The notes under the pieces: generated by a model
Databases searched by the model: none
What the model saw: only the letters and a program-made list of their open reading frames with translations
Told to the model about the DNA's origin: nothing
Part shown: positions 37,150 through 50,267 of the stretch, piece by piece
How the letters are laid out: each line of letters begins with the position of its first letter
Numbering within the stretch: position 1 is the first letter of the stretch
Translations under genes and position numbers: made by a program
Assembly (NCBI GenBank): GCA_030390025.1
Contig: JASTWF010000070.1
Location: forward strand, 1,302,001 to 1,366,000
Length of the DNA stretch: 64,000 bases
Reading direction: 5' to 3'
Source of the DNA: Squalus acanthias
Taxonomy: Eukaryota

Positions 37150-37449
37150 CTCTCTCAGACGAGACACTTTTACTGATCAGATCCCCAGCCGAGTTGATTG
37201 GAACGGCGCAGTACAGACTGCGCCGCTGCTCCAAGTTTCCGCCGAGACGCTGATGTGGCTTCTCGTAGCTCCCGTCCGGGTCCACCGTCGCGGAATCGCT
37301 GCGTCCCTCGGTAACCCGGCCCGAAACATTACAGCGGACGGGAAGGGAATCGGGAGACGCGCCTCTCACCAAACACATCAAGGGCACCCGTTCCGACCAG
37401 GAAATTTCATTTGGCGGTGGAGTTAAGAGAAATATATCCGGAGGACCCG
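37150..37449 (-). pseudogene. Gene C C1-set exon with mutually compensating -5 and -1 deletions and Trp>Cys
   Basis: Codon alignment to the gene B C1 exon; 300 nt, phase 1-1. Confidence 0.88.
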
Positions 37450-37551
37450 CTAAATTCGGAAAATAAAACGAAGGCCGAATTAACAGTTAAACAAGACGCG
37501 TTTTAATTGATGTATAAATGCAAAATTGAGTGAAATAGTTGTGAAGATTAC

Positions 37552-37887
37552 CTGTAATCACTAGCTTGGAGCCATTTCAGAATATTAGGGACTTAGTGTG
37601 GTTTGGCGAGGCACAGTAAAACAGCCCAGAATCATTTCTCTGGACATTTGCAATGACCAGAGTATAATTACCAGATTTATTACATATCTCGGCGGAAAAT
37701 CTTCCCGCTGGCCTTACGAATTGGCCCACTTTGTAAACGAGCTTTAATTCCCCTCGGTGCCATTGTCTGTACCAGGACACAACGAGACGCGCCATCCTCC
37801 CCGTCTGGCATTGCAGTTTAACAAGGCTCCCGACAGCAAGCGTCTGAACCGGCGGAGACTGGGACAAGACCAACTGAGACACAACAA
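37552..37887 (-). pseudogene. Gene C VJ exon with a nonsense codon in the J motif (F*NGSKLVIT)
   Basis: LQCQ...SWYRQ...DSGLFYC...IF TGA AAT GGC; stop at 37579-37577; 336 nt, phase 1-1. Confidence 0.92.
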
Positions 37888-38417
37888 CTGAGAAGGAGAC
37901 AAAAAATATTAACAACAGGTTATGGGCCCGAAGCCAACCTCCGGCGGGCCTACCTTGATACCGACTAATCAAAAAAATCCATCTTCAGGCGCTTGTCGGC
38001 TTCAAAGTTGCGCTGTTGTTATTGGTTGAAATTTCCACTTTGCTGAATATCTTAGTTGCTTTTTTAAAGTTAAAGTTGAATGTGAAATTACACATTGAAT
38101 CTTACAGCACAGAAGGAGGCCATGCGGCCCATCGTGCTAGTGCCGGCTCTTTGAAAGTGTTCTCCAATTAGTCCCATTCCCCCCTGCTCTTTCCCCATAG
38201 CCCTGCAACTTCTTTTTTCCTTTTCAAGTATTTATCCAATTCCCTTTTGAAAGTTACTATTAAATCTGTTTCCACCGCCCTTTCAGGCAGCGCATTACAG
38301 ATCACAACAACTCACTGTGTAATCCACTTCTCATTATTGATTCTGTCAAAACACTTCTCCTCATTGACTCTATCCAAAACTTTCCCCGCTCTCTTAAAAC
38401 ATCGAAGGATATCTCAC

Positions 38418-38460
38418 CTTGGAAGAGATGGCACAGCGTGCAGAGGCCGAAGAAGCTCAT
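38418..38460 (-). pseudogene. Gene C leader exon (MSFFGLCTLCHLFQ)
   Basis: 43 nt, phase 1, donor G/GTGAGA. Confidence 0.85.
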
Positions 38461-38734
38461 TGCCGGTGACCCAATCGGTTAAACTCTGGGCCACGGACCG
38501 GCAGCTCGCTGAGAAATGGCTCTCGGTAGATCGGTGCGAGGGAGGTGTGAAATGCAGAGCGAATTGCGGAAATCATGCGCTGTGTTTATTAATAAATGTA
38601 CGATTGGACTGGAAAGCGGTGCCGAGGCAGAAAGCTTTCTGCGGGTTTCCTGTTTATACATGTCAAGTGCTCACACACAGGCACACACACGCACACAGCA
38701 TCTGTTTTGCAAAAAGCCCCTCGTTTCAACTCAT

Positions 38735-40360
38735 ATTAGTTAGACCACATTTGCAGCACTGTGCATAGTTCTGCTCTCCGTATTGTAAGAACATAAGTAC
38801 ATAAGAAATAGGAGCAGGAGTCGGCCATTCGGCCCCTCGAGCCTGCTCCGCCATTCAATAAGATCATGGCTGATCTTCTACCTCATCTTCACTTTCCTGC
38901 ACTATCCCCATATCCCTTAATTCCCTTAATATTCAAAAATCTATCGCTCTCTGTCTTGAATATACTCATCGACTGATCCTCCACAACCCTCTGGGGTAGA
39001 GAATTCGAAAGATTTACCACCCTCTGAGTGAAGAAATGTCTACTCATTTCAGTCCTAAATGGCCGACCCCTTATTCTGAGACTGTGACCCCTGGTTCTAG
39101 ACTCCCCAGCAAGGGGAGATATCCTCCCTGCTTCTACCCTGTCAAGTCCTGTAAGAATTCTGCATGTTTCAATGAGATCACCTCTCATTATTGTAATCTC
39201 TAGAGAATATAGGCCTAGTCTAATCAATGTTTCCTCATAGGACAATCCCCCATCCCAGGAATCAGTCTGGTGAACCTTCATTGCACACCCTCTATGGCAA
39301 GTATATCCTTCCTTAGGTAAGGAGACCAAAACTGTACACAATACTCCAGGTGTGGTCTCACCAGGGCCCTATATATTTGGAGTAAGGCTTCTTTACTCTT
39401 ATACTCAAATCCTCTTGTAATAAAGGCCAATATACCATTTGCTTTCCTCATTGCTTGCTGTACCTGCATGTTAACTTTCAGCGATTCGTGTACAATGACA
39501 CCCAGGTCACTCTGAACATCAATTTTTCCCAATCTCTCACCATTTAAAAAATACGATGCTTTTCTAGTTTTCCTACCAAAGTGGATAACTTCACATTTCT
39601 CCACATTATATTCCATTTGCCATGTTCTTGCCCACTCACTTAGCCTGTCTATATCCCCTTGAAGACTCTTTGTATCCTCCTCACAACTTACATTCCCACC
39701 CAGCTTTGTATCATCAGCAAACTTGGATATATTGCATTTGGTCCCCTCGTCCAAATCATTGTTGTAGATTGTGAATAGCTGAGGCCCAAGCACTGATCCT
39801 TGTGGTACCCCACTAGTTGCAGCCTGCCAACCCTAAAATGACCCGTTTTATTATAAAAAGGATATAGAGGCCCTGGAGAAGGTGCAAATAAGATTCACAA
39901 GGATAATACTGGAACTGAGAGTTTATAACTATCAGGAAAGATTGAACAGGCTGGAACTTTTTTCTCCAGCAAAGTGAAGGCTGAGGGGTGACCTGATAGA
40001 GGTCTTTAAGATTATGAAGTGGTTCGATAGGGCAAAAGTGGAGAAGATATTTCCTCTTGTGGGGGAGACCGAAACTAAAGGTCCTAAATATAAGATAGTC
40101 ACTAATAAATCCAATAGGGAATTCAGGAGAAACTTCTTTACCAAAGAGAGTTGAGAATGTGGAACTCGCTACCACAGAGAGTGGTTGAGGCGAAGACACA
40201 GATGCATTTAAGGGCAAGTTAGATAAATACATGAGGGAGAAAGGGAAAGAAGTATATGGAGATAGAGTGAGCTGAAGTAGGATGGGTGGCGGCTCGTGAG
40301 GAGCATAAACACCGACACGGACCAGTTGGGCCAAATTACCTGTTTCTCTGCTGTGAGCTC
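38735..40360. mobile_element. CR1 (- strand, ~38787-39845) nested in an older + strand CR1 3' fragment
   Basis: RT motif [11 protein letters not shown] on the - strand; the host element continues across the insertion. Confidence 0.88.
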
Positions 40361-40589
40361 TATATATTAATACCCAAATGAAAGGCTACACACAGTTCTA
40401 AGCTTTCAAGGTGTCGGGGTTAGGGCAGCCTCTTTGCTTTGTGCAGTGTCCATGATACTGTTCTGAATGTGAAACTGAGCCCTTAGGCAGGTGGCAGAGT
40501 AAGGGGAGCACCAGATCTCCCTTCTTTAATGGCTGGCAAACTGGGCATGTTTGTCATGATTGGATGTAACGATGGACGCCCTGTTTAAC

Positions 40590-41010
40590 GAAAGAAAGAC
40601 TTGCACTGATACAGCGCCTTTCATGACCCCAGGACGTCTCAAAACTCTTTACAGCCAATGAAGTACCGTCTGCCTTATAGCCACTGTTGTAATGAAGGGA
40701 ACGTGGCAGCCAATTTGAGCACAGCAAGCTCCCACAAGCAGTAATTTGTTAATGACCAGCGATCCTGTAATTTAGTGATGTTGGTTGAGGGATAAATATT
40801 AGCCTCAGGACACCGGGAGAACTTCCGTGCTCTTCTTCGAAATAGTGGCATGTGATTATTTACGCGAGAGGGCAGACGGGGCCTCGGTTTAACGTCTCAT
40901 CCAAAAGACTGCACCTTCGACAGTGCAGCGCTCTCTCAGTACTGCACCGGGGGTCTCAACCTAGATTATGTGCTGAAGTCTCTGGAGTGGGACATGAACC
41001 CACGACCTAC
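40590..41010 (-). mobile_element. tRNA-derived SINE (same family also at ~30720-30960 on - and ~31645-31930 on +)
   Basis: Homologous to 19385-19950. Confidence 0.8.
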
Positions 41011-42033
41011 TGATAGAGACCAGAATGCTACAAACTGAGCCTCAGCTGCCCCTGTTTAGCTCTCCAGGTGCCCTCACCACAAGAGGGCAGACCATCGTGT
41101 CAGGCAAGAGGTGGCAGCCAATTTCAGTGCCATGTACAATAGATGCAGGATCTGGGAGCAGGAGGAATATTTGACGGAAGCTGCCATGATGAGACTATGC
41201 TAACATGTCGTTGTAATTTATAATTCCAAGTAGGACTCAGGCAATGAGACTGGGATCATTAGCAGTTTAATAGTACTTCAGCGACAAAGAGTTTCCAAAC
41301 ATGGGCCTACATACTAACAAAGAGGCTTCCCATCGGGGCACCAAGAGATGATCATACCATGCACTTAGCCACGATGCTCTGTCAAAAACCTCCTTGCATA
41401 TAGCTCTTTATGGAATAGGAATCTCACAGCCCCTCAGGCACCCCACATTTATGATTGGTGCAGAATTTTTTTTATTCATTCATGGGATGTGCGCATCACT
41501 GGAAAAGTCAGCATTTATTGGCCATCCCTAATTGTCCTTGATACGATGGTGGTGAGCCGCCTTTTTGAACCACTGCTGTCCACGTGGTTTGGTACAACTG
41601 AGTGGCTTGCTAGGCCATTTCAGAGGTCAGTTAAGGAGTAAGATATAGGCCAGACCGGGTAAGGGCAGCAGATTTCCTTCCCTAAAGGACATTAGTGTAC
41701 CAGATGGGTTTTTACGACAATCCGGTAGTTTCGTTGTCATCATTATTGAACCGTTTAATGCCTTGATTCCTCATTGATCATTACTTGTTGGTCTCTTGGT
41801 GTTACAAAAAACTTACATGGTCGGTGCTAATACCTAGTCTACGAGGGCCTTCTCTCGGTGACTTTATTTGCTGTGTCCAAATGAGACCCAGCAGACAGCA
41901 GCTTCACACAACACACGGGGCCTCGGGGGAGAAGAATTAAGTTCTTGACTTTCTAGTTGCGTCCGATTACCACGGGGTGGCGCTGCTTCTTGTTCCTCAG
42001 GATGTAACTTCCAATGTGATTAAAGGGATCTAA

Positions 42034-44440
42034 GTGGAAACAGAAACATTCAGCAGGTCAGGCATCTTTGGAGAGAGAAATAGAGTTAACGATTCAGGCC
42101 AATCACCTTTCATCAGAACTGTGATCCATTATTGTCTAACGGTACTCACAGCGGTCTGCACAGAGCGGGAACAAAATGGAGTGTACTTAAACAGAGTGTT
42201 TTATTTGGGAATTTGGAAAGAGTGGGAATTCGGAGAAGAGGGGGAAGGAGTTGCTGCTTTCTGCCTACTCGACTTGTAGTGCTTTGTGTAACAGGTAAAT
42301 ATTTAATTTCAGTACCCATAACTTAATCTAGATCAAGTAAGTTGTCAAGAAACTACACTGTGAACTAAGTTACCGAATTACATATGTAATTAAATTTAAT
42401 TAATTAAATCAAGGTCATATAGGGATGGCAGTGCAGGTGGTGTGCCGCAACTGCAGCATCTGGAAGTTTGTGGAGAGTATTGGGATCCCGGACAATCACG
42501 TTTGCAGTAAGTGCCTGCATGTTGAGGAAAGTCAGCACAGAGTTTTTTGAGCTGGAGTCTGAGGTTCAGACAATGCGGGGCATCAGGGATGGGGAGAGTT
42601 ACCTGGACACTTTGATCCAGGAGGCAGTCGCAACCCTTAGGATAGGTAGTGGTACAGGGCTGGTTGGTGGTCAGGGAAAGGAGGGTCTGACTGCAACTCA
42701 GGCAGGTAAGTGGACCCCAGGTGCAGTGCTGGAGGAGCCTCAGCCTTTGCCCTTCTCCAACAGGTGTGAGGTTCTTGCTGCCTGTGTGGATGAGGGAAAA
42801 GTCTGCAGGTTGGATGAGCAAGCTGAACATGGCACCATGGTGCAGGGGGCCAGTCAAGTCGGGGGGAGTGAAAGGGAATGTAGTTGTGGTAGGGGACAAT
42901 ATAGTCAGAGGGATAAAAACTGTTCTCTGCAGCAGCGACCGAGGGTTCTGCACTTTGCAGGGTTAAAGACATCTCCTCGTGGCCGGAGGAGAACTTGGAG
43001 TGGGAGGGAGAAGATCCAGTTGTCGTGGTCCATATAGGAAGCACAGGCATAGGTAGAACTAGCAATGAGGTTCTGCTGAGGGTATTTGAGGAGCTAGGAT
43101 CCAAATAAAAAAGCAGAACCTCAAAGGTAATAATCTCTGGATTGTTACCTGAGCCACGTGTAAATTGGCATAGGGACAAACAGATCAGAGGTTTAAAAGC
43201 GTGGCTCAAAGAGTGGTGTGGGAGGAAGGAGTTTCAGTTCATGGGGCACTGGCAGCTGTACTGGGGAAAGGGGGAGCTGTTCCGTTGGGACGGGCTCCAC
43301 TTAAACCAGGCTGGGACATGGCGAACCGAATAAGTAGGGCATAAGACAGGGATTTAAAATAATGAAGGGGTGGGGGATGGGCGGTTTCAGGAAAGAGTAA
43401 ATTTAAAAGCAGCGAGAGAAATGTCAAGGCTCTGGAGCAGAGTAGAGTTTTGTTTAAAAATAAGCAGAGTGGGTCAGCAAGGGAGAAAGAGAGTAACAAA
43501 GGTAATAAGGCATCAGTGACTAAGGTGACATCAGGGAAAATAGAAATAAGTCAAATCTAATGGCACCATATCTGAATGAGTGAAGCATTCACGACAAAAT
43601 AGATGAATTAATAGCGCAGATAGAAATTACTAAGTTTGATCTAATAGCCATTAAGGAGGCATGCTTCCAATGTGGCCAAGGTTGGGAACTAAATATTCCA
43701 AGATACTTAACTTTTAGAAGAGATAGGCAAAATGGAAAAGGAGGAGGGGTAGCCTTGATCATAAAGGATGGGATAAAGACAGTAGAGAGAAAGGATCTTA
43801 GCTCCGAAAATCAACAAGTAGAATCAGGTTGGGTGGAGCTAAGAAACAACAAGGATCAGAAACCATTGGTGGGAGTTGTTTATAGGCCCCCAAACAGTAG
43901 CTGTAATGTAGGGCAAAGTATAAATCAGGAAATTAGAGTTGCATGTAACAAGGGTAATACAGTAATCATGGGGGACTTTAATCTAACTATAGATTGGGCA
44001 AACCAAATTTGCAGTAATAATGTGGAGGAAGATTTTATGGAATGTATGCAAGATAGTTTTCTAGATCAGTTTGTTGAGGACCCAACGAGGGAACAGGCTA
44101 TTTTAGATCTATTGTTGTACAATTAGAAAGTCTTAATTAATAACCTTGTAGAAAAGGGGCCTTTAGGGAAGAGTGACCATAATATGAGAGAAATTTATAT
44201 TGAGGTTGAAAGTGATTTAGTTAAATCCGAAACTAGGGTCTTAATTCTAAACAAAGCAAACTATGTAGGTATGTGGAGCGAGTTGGCTAAGGTAGATTGG
44301 GAAACTATATGAAAAGATATGACGGTAGAGAAGCAATGGCTATCATTTAAAAAATTAATACATGAATTTACAACAAATATATATTCCTTTAAGGCACAAA
44401 ACCCCCACAGGAAATGTGGTCCAACTGTGGCTAACAAGAG
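42034..44440 (+). mobile_element. 5' portion of a decayed CR1 LINE: 5'UTR, ORF1 (CxxC zinc finger, SGNH esterase) and AP endonuclease
   Basis: CRNC...CSKC, VVVGDNIVRG, WDGLHLN, GVVYRPPN, IMGDFN. Confidence 0.88.
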
Positions 44441-45520
44441 AAGAGGCGGAGAGGTTTAGGGAGGGAATTCCAGAGCTTAGGGCTCAGGAAAATGAAGGCA
44501 CGGTCGCCAATGGTTGAGCGATTATAATCAGGGATGCTCAAGAGGGCAAAATTAGAGGAGCGCAGAGATCTCGGCGGGTTGTGGGGCTGGAGGAGATTAC
44601 ACATAAAGGGAGGGGTGAGGCTATGGAGGGACTTGATAACAAGAATGAGAATTTTGAAATCGAGGCATTGCTTAACCGGGAGCCAAGGTCAGCGTGCACA
44701 GGGATGATGGGCGAATGGGAATTGGTGCGAGTTAGTACACGGGCAGCCGAGTTTTGGATGGCCTCAAGGTTATGTAGGGTAGAACGTGGGAGGCCGCCCA
44801 GGAGCGCATTGGAATAGTCCAGTCTAGAGGTAACAAAGGCATGGATGAAGCTTTCAGCAGTGGATGTTCTGAGGCAAGGGCAGAGAAGGATGATGTTACG
44901 GATATGGAAATAGACGGTCTTAGTTATGCCACGGATATGTGGCTGCAAACTTGTTTCAGGGTCAAATATGACAAAAGGTTGCAACCAGTGTGGTTCAGCC
45001 TCAAACAGATGCTAGGGAGAGGGATGGAGTCAGTGGCTTGGTAATGGAATTTGTGGCTGGGACCGAAGCAGTATCTTCGCTCTTCACAATATTTAATTGG
45101 AGAATATTTCTGCTCATCCAGAACTGGATGTCGGACAAGCAGTCTGACAACTTAGAGACTGTGGAGGGGTAAAGAGAAGTGGTGGTGAGGTAGAGCTGGG
45201 TGTCGCCAGCGTGCATGTGGAAACTAACGCTGTGTTTTCGGATGATGTCGCCAAGGGGCAGCATGTGGATAAGAAATAGGAGGGGGCCTAGGATAGATGC
45301 TTGGGGGGCAGCAGAGGTAACGATGCAGGAGCAGGAAGAGAAGCCATTGCAGTTGATTCCCTCGCAATGATTAGATAGATAAGAATGGAACCAGGTGAGT
45401 GCATTCCTACCCAGCTGGACGGCGGTGGAGAGTCGTTGGAGGATGATGGAGTGGTTAATCGTGTCAAAGGTTGCAGACAAGTCAAGAAGGACGAGGATGG
45501 ATAGTTTACCTTTGTCACAG
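44441..45520 (-). mobile_element. L2-type LINE RT/3' fragment (other pieces at ~54900-55290)
   Basis: FDTINHSI, LGPLLFLI, AFVTSRLDYSNALL, QNSAARVLT. Confidence 0.85.
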
Positions 45521-46432
45521 TCAGCTACTGAAGATTAAGGTTTGGAAACCAAACAGCCACGTGACGTGTAGTATCAGTATAATCCTTATCCTTCAGTTTA
45601 ATATAGGCTGGTGGTCTCAAGAGATAGAGAAAGTAATAATCTTTATTGATCAATATACTTCTAGAAACTTAGCACATTCAGTGCCATGAGAATGACCACA
45701 ACTGGACTCACCACCACAGCTATTTAATTATGCAAGGTAAGCGTGGTGTCATTACGTCAGAACGTTCCTAGTATGTGCGATTATTACGTAAGCACGCAGG
45801 GTTAAAATGCAAGAGCGTTCGTCGTCACGCAGGCTACTCTCCCCCCTCCCACCTCCCCCACTTGACCCACCCCCATCCCTTGCACATGCTCATTGGCGAC
45901 ACTCTCTGTCCAGTGTTCTCTGGACATTTCACATGCATGATTAACCATATTCAGAATCCTCACTTGCTGAACTTGGAGCACAGGAACAGGAGTAGATCCA
46001 CAGTGGATTACCTCACACGTCCCCACATTGAGCGACATCTGTCAGATTTCAGTCCACTCACAACCTGTATATCTCCGCTTGTAAAGTCCTGCTCCCATCC
46101 ACACAAGTTACTGTGCCTTCTTACATTACGCCTCCTTGAAACTTGGATATATATCTCTCTATTCCTTCATCCAAGTCATTAATAAATATGGTGGAAAGAT
46201 TGAGGCCCCAGAATGGATGCCTGGGGAACACCACTTGTAACATCCTGCCAATCTGTGTACCTCCTCTTTAACCCCAATATCTGTCTCCTACCTCCCAACT
46301 AATTTCCAACCCAAATCAAAAGGCTACCCCCAATTCCATGCACAATCATTTTTGCCCATAATCTGTTGTATGGAACTTTATTGAATGCCTTGTGGGGGTC
46401 CATATAGGTAACATCCATAGACACTTCTTTCT

Positions 46433-49130
46433 GGTTAAAAAGGAGATTAATGCAATAGCTAGGAAGGACATTAGCTTGGAGGATGTGGAATCAATATGGG
46501 TTGAGCTGCAGAACACCAAAGGGCAGAAAACGTTAGTGGGGGTTGTGTACAGACCTCCAAATAGTAGTATTGAGGTGGGGGAGGGTATGAAACAGGAAAT
46601 CAGAGGTGCATGCAAAAAAGGCGCAGCAGTTATCATGGGTGACTTTAATATGCATATAGATTGGGCTACTCAAACTGGAAGCAATACGGTGGAGGAGGAT
46701 TTCCTGGATTGTTTAAGGGATGGTTTCCTAAACCAATATTTTGAGGAACCAACTAGAGGGGAGGACATCCTGGACTGGCTGTTGTGTAATGAGGAAGGAC
46801 TAATCAGCAATCTTGTGGTGCGAGGCCCCTTGGGGAAGAGTGACCATAGTATGGTGGAGTTCTACATTAGGATGGAGAAGGAAACAGGTAATTCAGAGAC
46901 CATGGTCCAGAACTTAAATAAGGGCAACTTTGAGGGTATGAGGCGTGAATTGGCGAGGTTAGATTGGCAAGCGATATTTAACGGGTTATCAGTGGAAGGG
47001 CAATGGCGGACATTTAGAGATCGCATGGATGAACTACAGCAATTGTACATCCCTGTCTGGCGCAAAAAATAAAAAAGGGAAGGTGGCTCAACCATGGCTA
47101 ACAAGGGAAATCAGGGATCGTATTAAAAGCAAGGAAGTGGCATACAAATTGGCCAGAAGTAGCAGCAAACCCGGGGACTGGGAGAACTTCAAAACTCAGC
47201 AGAGGAGGACGAAGGGTTTGATTAGGGCAGGGAAAATAAAATATGAAAGGAAGCTTGCGGAGAACATTAAAACGGACTGCAAAAGCTTCTATAAATATGT
47301 AAAAAGAAAGAGGTTAGTAAAAACAAACGTAGGTCCCCTGCAGTCAGAAACAGGGGAAGTCATAATGGGGAACAAAGAAATGGCAGATCAATTGAACAAG
47401 TACTTTGGTTCGGTGTTTACTGTGGAGGACACAAACAACCTTCCGGAAATAAAAGAGATCAAAGGATCTGGTAAGAGGGAGCAGCTGAGGGAAATCCTTA
47501 TCAGTCGGGAAAAGGTGTTGGGGAAATTGATGGGACTGAAGGCTGATAAATCCCCAAGGCCTGATGGTCTGCATCCCAGAGTACTTAAGGAGGTGGCCTT
47601 GGAAATAGTGGATGCATTGACGATCATTTTCCAACATTCCTCAGACTCTGGATCAGTTCCGAAGGAGTGGAGGGTGGCTAATGTAACCCCTCTTTTTAAA
47701 AAAGGAGGGAGGGAGAAAGCAGGGAATTATAGACCGGTCAGCCTGACATCGGTCGTGGGTAAAATGATGGAAGCAATTATTAAAGATGTCATAACAGACC
47801 ATTTGGAAAGTGGCGACATGATAGGTCCAAGTCAGCATGGATTTGTGAAAGGGAAATCATGCTTGACAAATCTTCTGGAATTTTTTGAGGATGTTTCCAA
47901 TAGGGTGGACGGGGGGAACCAGTAGATGTGGTGTATTTGGACTTTCAGAAGGCCTTCGACAAGGTCCCACACAAGAGATTGGTGTGCAAAGTTAAAGCAC
48001 ATGGGATTGGGGGTAATGTGTTGACGTGGATTGAGAACTGGTTGGCACACAGGAAACAAAGAGTAGGAGTAAATGGGTACTTTTCAGAATGGCAGGCAGT
48101 GACCAGCGGGGTACCGCAGGGTTCGGTGCTGGGGCCCCAGCTGTTTACATTATATATTAATGATTTGGACGAAGGGATTAATTATAATATCTCCAAATTT
48201 GCGGATGACACTAAATTGGAAGGCAGTGTGAACAATGAGGAGGATGCGAGGAGGCTACAGAGTGACTTGGACAGGTTGGGTGAATGGGCAAATGTATGGC
48301 AGATGAAGTACAATGTGGATAAATGTGAGGTTATCCACTTTGGTGGTAAAAATTTGGAGGCAGACTATTACCTGAATGGTGGCAGATTAGGGAAAGGGGA
48401 GGTGCAACGAGACCTGGGCGTCATGGTACATCAGTCACTGAAGGTGGGAAGGCAAGTGCAGCAGGCAGTCAAGAAAGCAAATGGCATGATGGCCTTCATA
48501 GCAAGGGGATTTGAGTACAGGAGTAGGGAGGTGATGCTACAGTTGTACAGGGCCTTGGTGAGGCCACACCTGGAGTATTGTGTGCAGTTTTGGTCTCCTA
48601 TCTTGCGGAAGGAGATTCTTGCTATTGAGGGAGTGCAACGAAGGTTCACTAGATTGATTCCTGGGATGGCCAGACTGACATATCAAGAAAGATTGGATCA
48701 ACTGAACTTGTATCCTCTGGAGTTCAGAAGAATGAGGGGGGATCTTATAGAGACGTTTAAAATCCTGACTGGTTTAGACAAATTAGATGCGGGCAGAATG
48801 TTTCCAATGTTAGGGAAAACTAAAACCAGGGGTCACAGTCTAAGGATAAAGGGGAAGCCATTTAAGACTGAGATGAGGAGCAACTTCTTCACCCAGAGAG
48901 TGGTGAATCTGTGGAATTCTCTACCACAGAAGGTTGTTGAGGCCAGTTCGCTAAATATATTCAAAAGGGAGTTAGATATAATACTCACAACTAGGGGGAT
49001 CAAGGGGTATGGCGAGAAAGCAGGAATGGGGTACTGAGGTAGCATGTTCAGCCATGAACGCATTAAATGGCGGTGCAGGCTCGAAGGACCGAACGGTCTA
49101 CTCCTGCACCTATTTTCTATGTTTCTATGT
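46433..49130 (+). mobile_element. Young 2.7-kb 5'-truncated CR1 LINE (partial endonuclease plus RT, two frameshifts)
   Basis: Three consecutive ORF2 frames (46392-49037) with FADD; TTTCT duplicated at 46428-46432 and 49131-49135; absent from the paralogous site near 1160. Confidence 0.95.
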
Positions 49131-49962
49131 TTTCTATCTGATTAGTGACCTAATTAAGATAATCAACTAGATTAGTCAGACATGAGTTAACCTTGAACAA
49201 AGCCATGCTGGCCGCTCTGATCAGGCCATATTTGCTTAAGTGATCAGTTAATCTATCCTTAATGACAGATTCTATTAAATACCCCACAACTGACGTTAAA
49301 CTGACAGGCCGGTAGTGACTTGGCTTCTCTCTCCCACTCTACTTAAATAATCCAGTATCTGGAGCACTGTGTAGAGGTTCTGCGCACCGCATCTCAGAAA
49401 GGATATACTGGAGAGAGTTCAGCGCAGATTCACCAAAATGTTACCAGGGATCCAAGGGTTAAATTATGAAAAGTGATTACATAAACTAGGCTTGGATTCC
49501 CTGGAATAAAGAATATTAAGGGGTGATTTGATTGAGGTTTTTAGGATTTTGAAAGGAATTAACAGGGTAGACAAAGCGAAACTACTCCTCTGGTGGGGTC
49601 GTCCAGAACAACGGCGCAAAACCTTAAAATTAAGAAATCCAATCGGAAATTCAGGAGAAACCTTTTATACCCAGAGAGTGGTGAGAATGTGGAACTCGCT
49701 AGCAAATGGAATAGTTGAGGCGAATAGCAAAGAAGTATTTAAGGGGAAGCTCGATAAGTACATGAGGTAGAAAGGAATAGAAGGATATGTTGATGGAGTG
49801 AGATGAATAGGGGTGGGAAGAGGCTCGTGTGGAGCATAAACACCGGCACAGACTGATTGGTCTGAATGGCCTGTTTGTGCTGTACATTCTATGTAATCCA
49901 CTCAATGTCCCTTTAAGTGCTGAGTAAAGACGAACCACTTAAGCTCGTGGCAGCATTTCATG

Positions 49963-49968
49963 TTTATT
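49963..49968 (-). terminator. Polyadenylation signal of the right IgL gene
   Basis: AATAAA on the - strand about 300 nt after the C stop. Confidence 0.7.
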
Positions 49969-50267
49969 AAGAGCTGTGTTACACAAGTTCCCAATCACAA
50001 TATGATCACAGACTAAAGGGAAATCTGGCCCTTATCTACACACAGCGAAAGTTTACACACAAGATATTGGGGACATTTGTACAGAAAGTTCCATCTCACA
50101 ATCATTTCGCTCTCTTCTGATATTATTAAACATTCAGATTGTTTGCCAACAACTAAAATTGCTACTGCGATTACATTGCAAGAAAGGTTGATTGCACACA
50201 TCGAATGATCTGTTGCATTACATTAAACACTAGCTAAAATCAAACTTCACTGTCAACTTGCACCGCC

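Noticed and set aside
13698-38460. Calling genes A-C rearranged TCR or Ig chains
   Set aside because: No RSS, D or separate J segments; V-C introns are only ~100 nt; the multi-exon cytoplasmic tails do not match TCR or IgL organisation.
41010-42030. Possible additional retroelement (DIRS-like) fragment
   Set aside because: No recognisable protein motif or terminal structure could be confirmed by eye.
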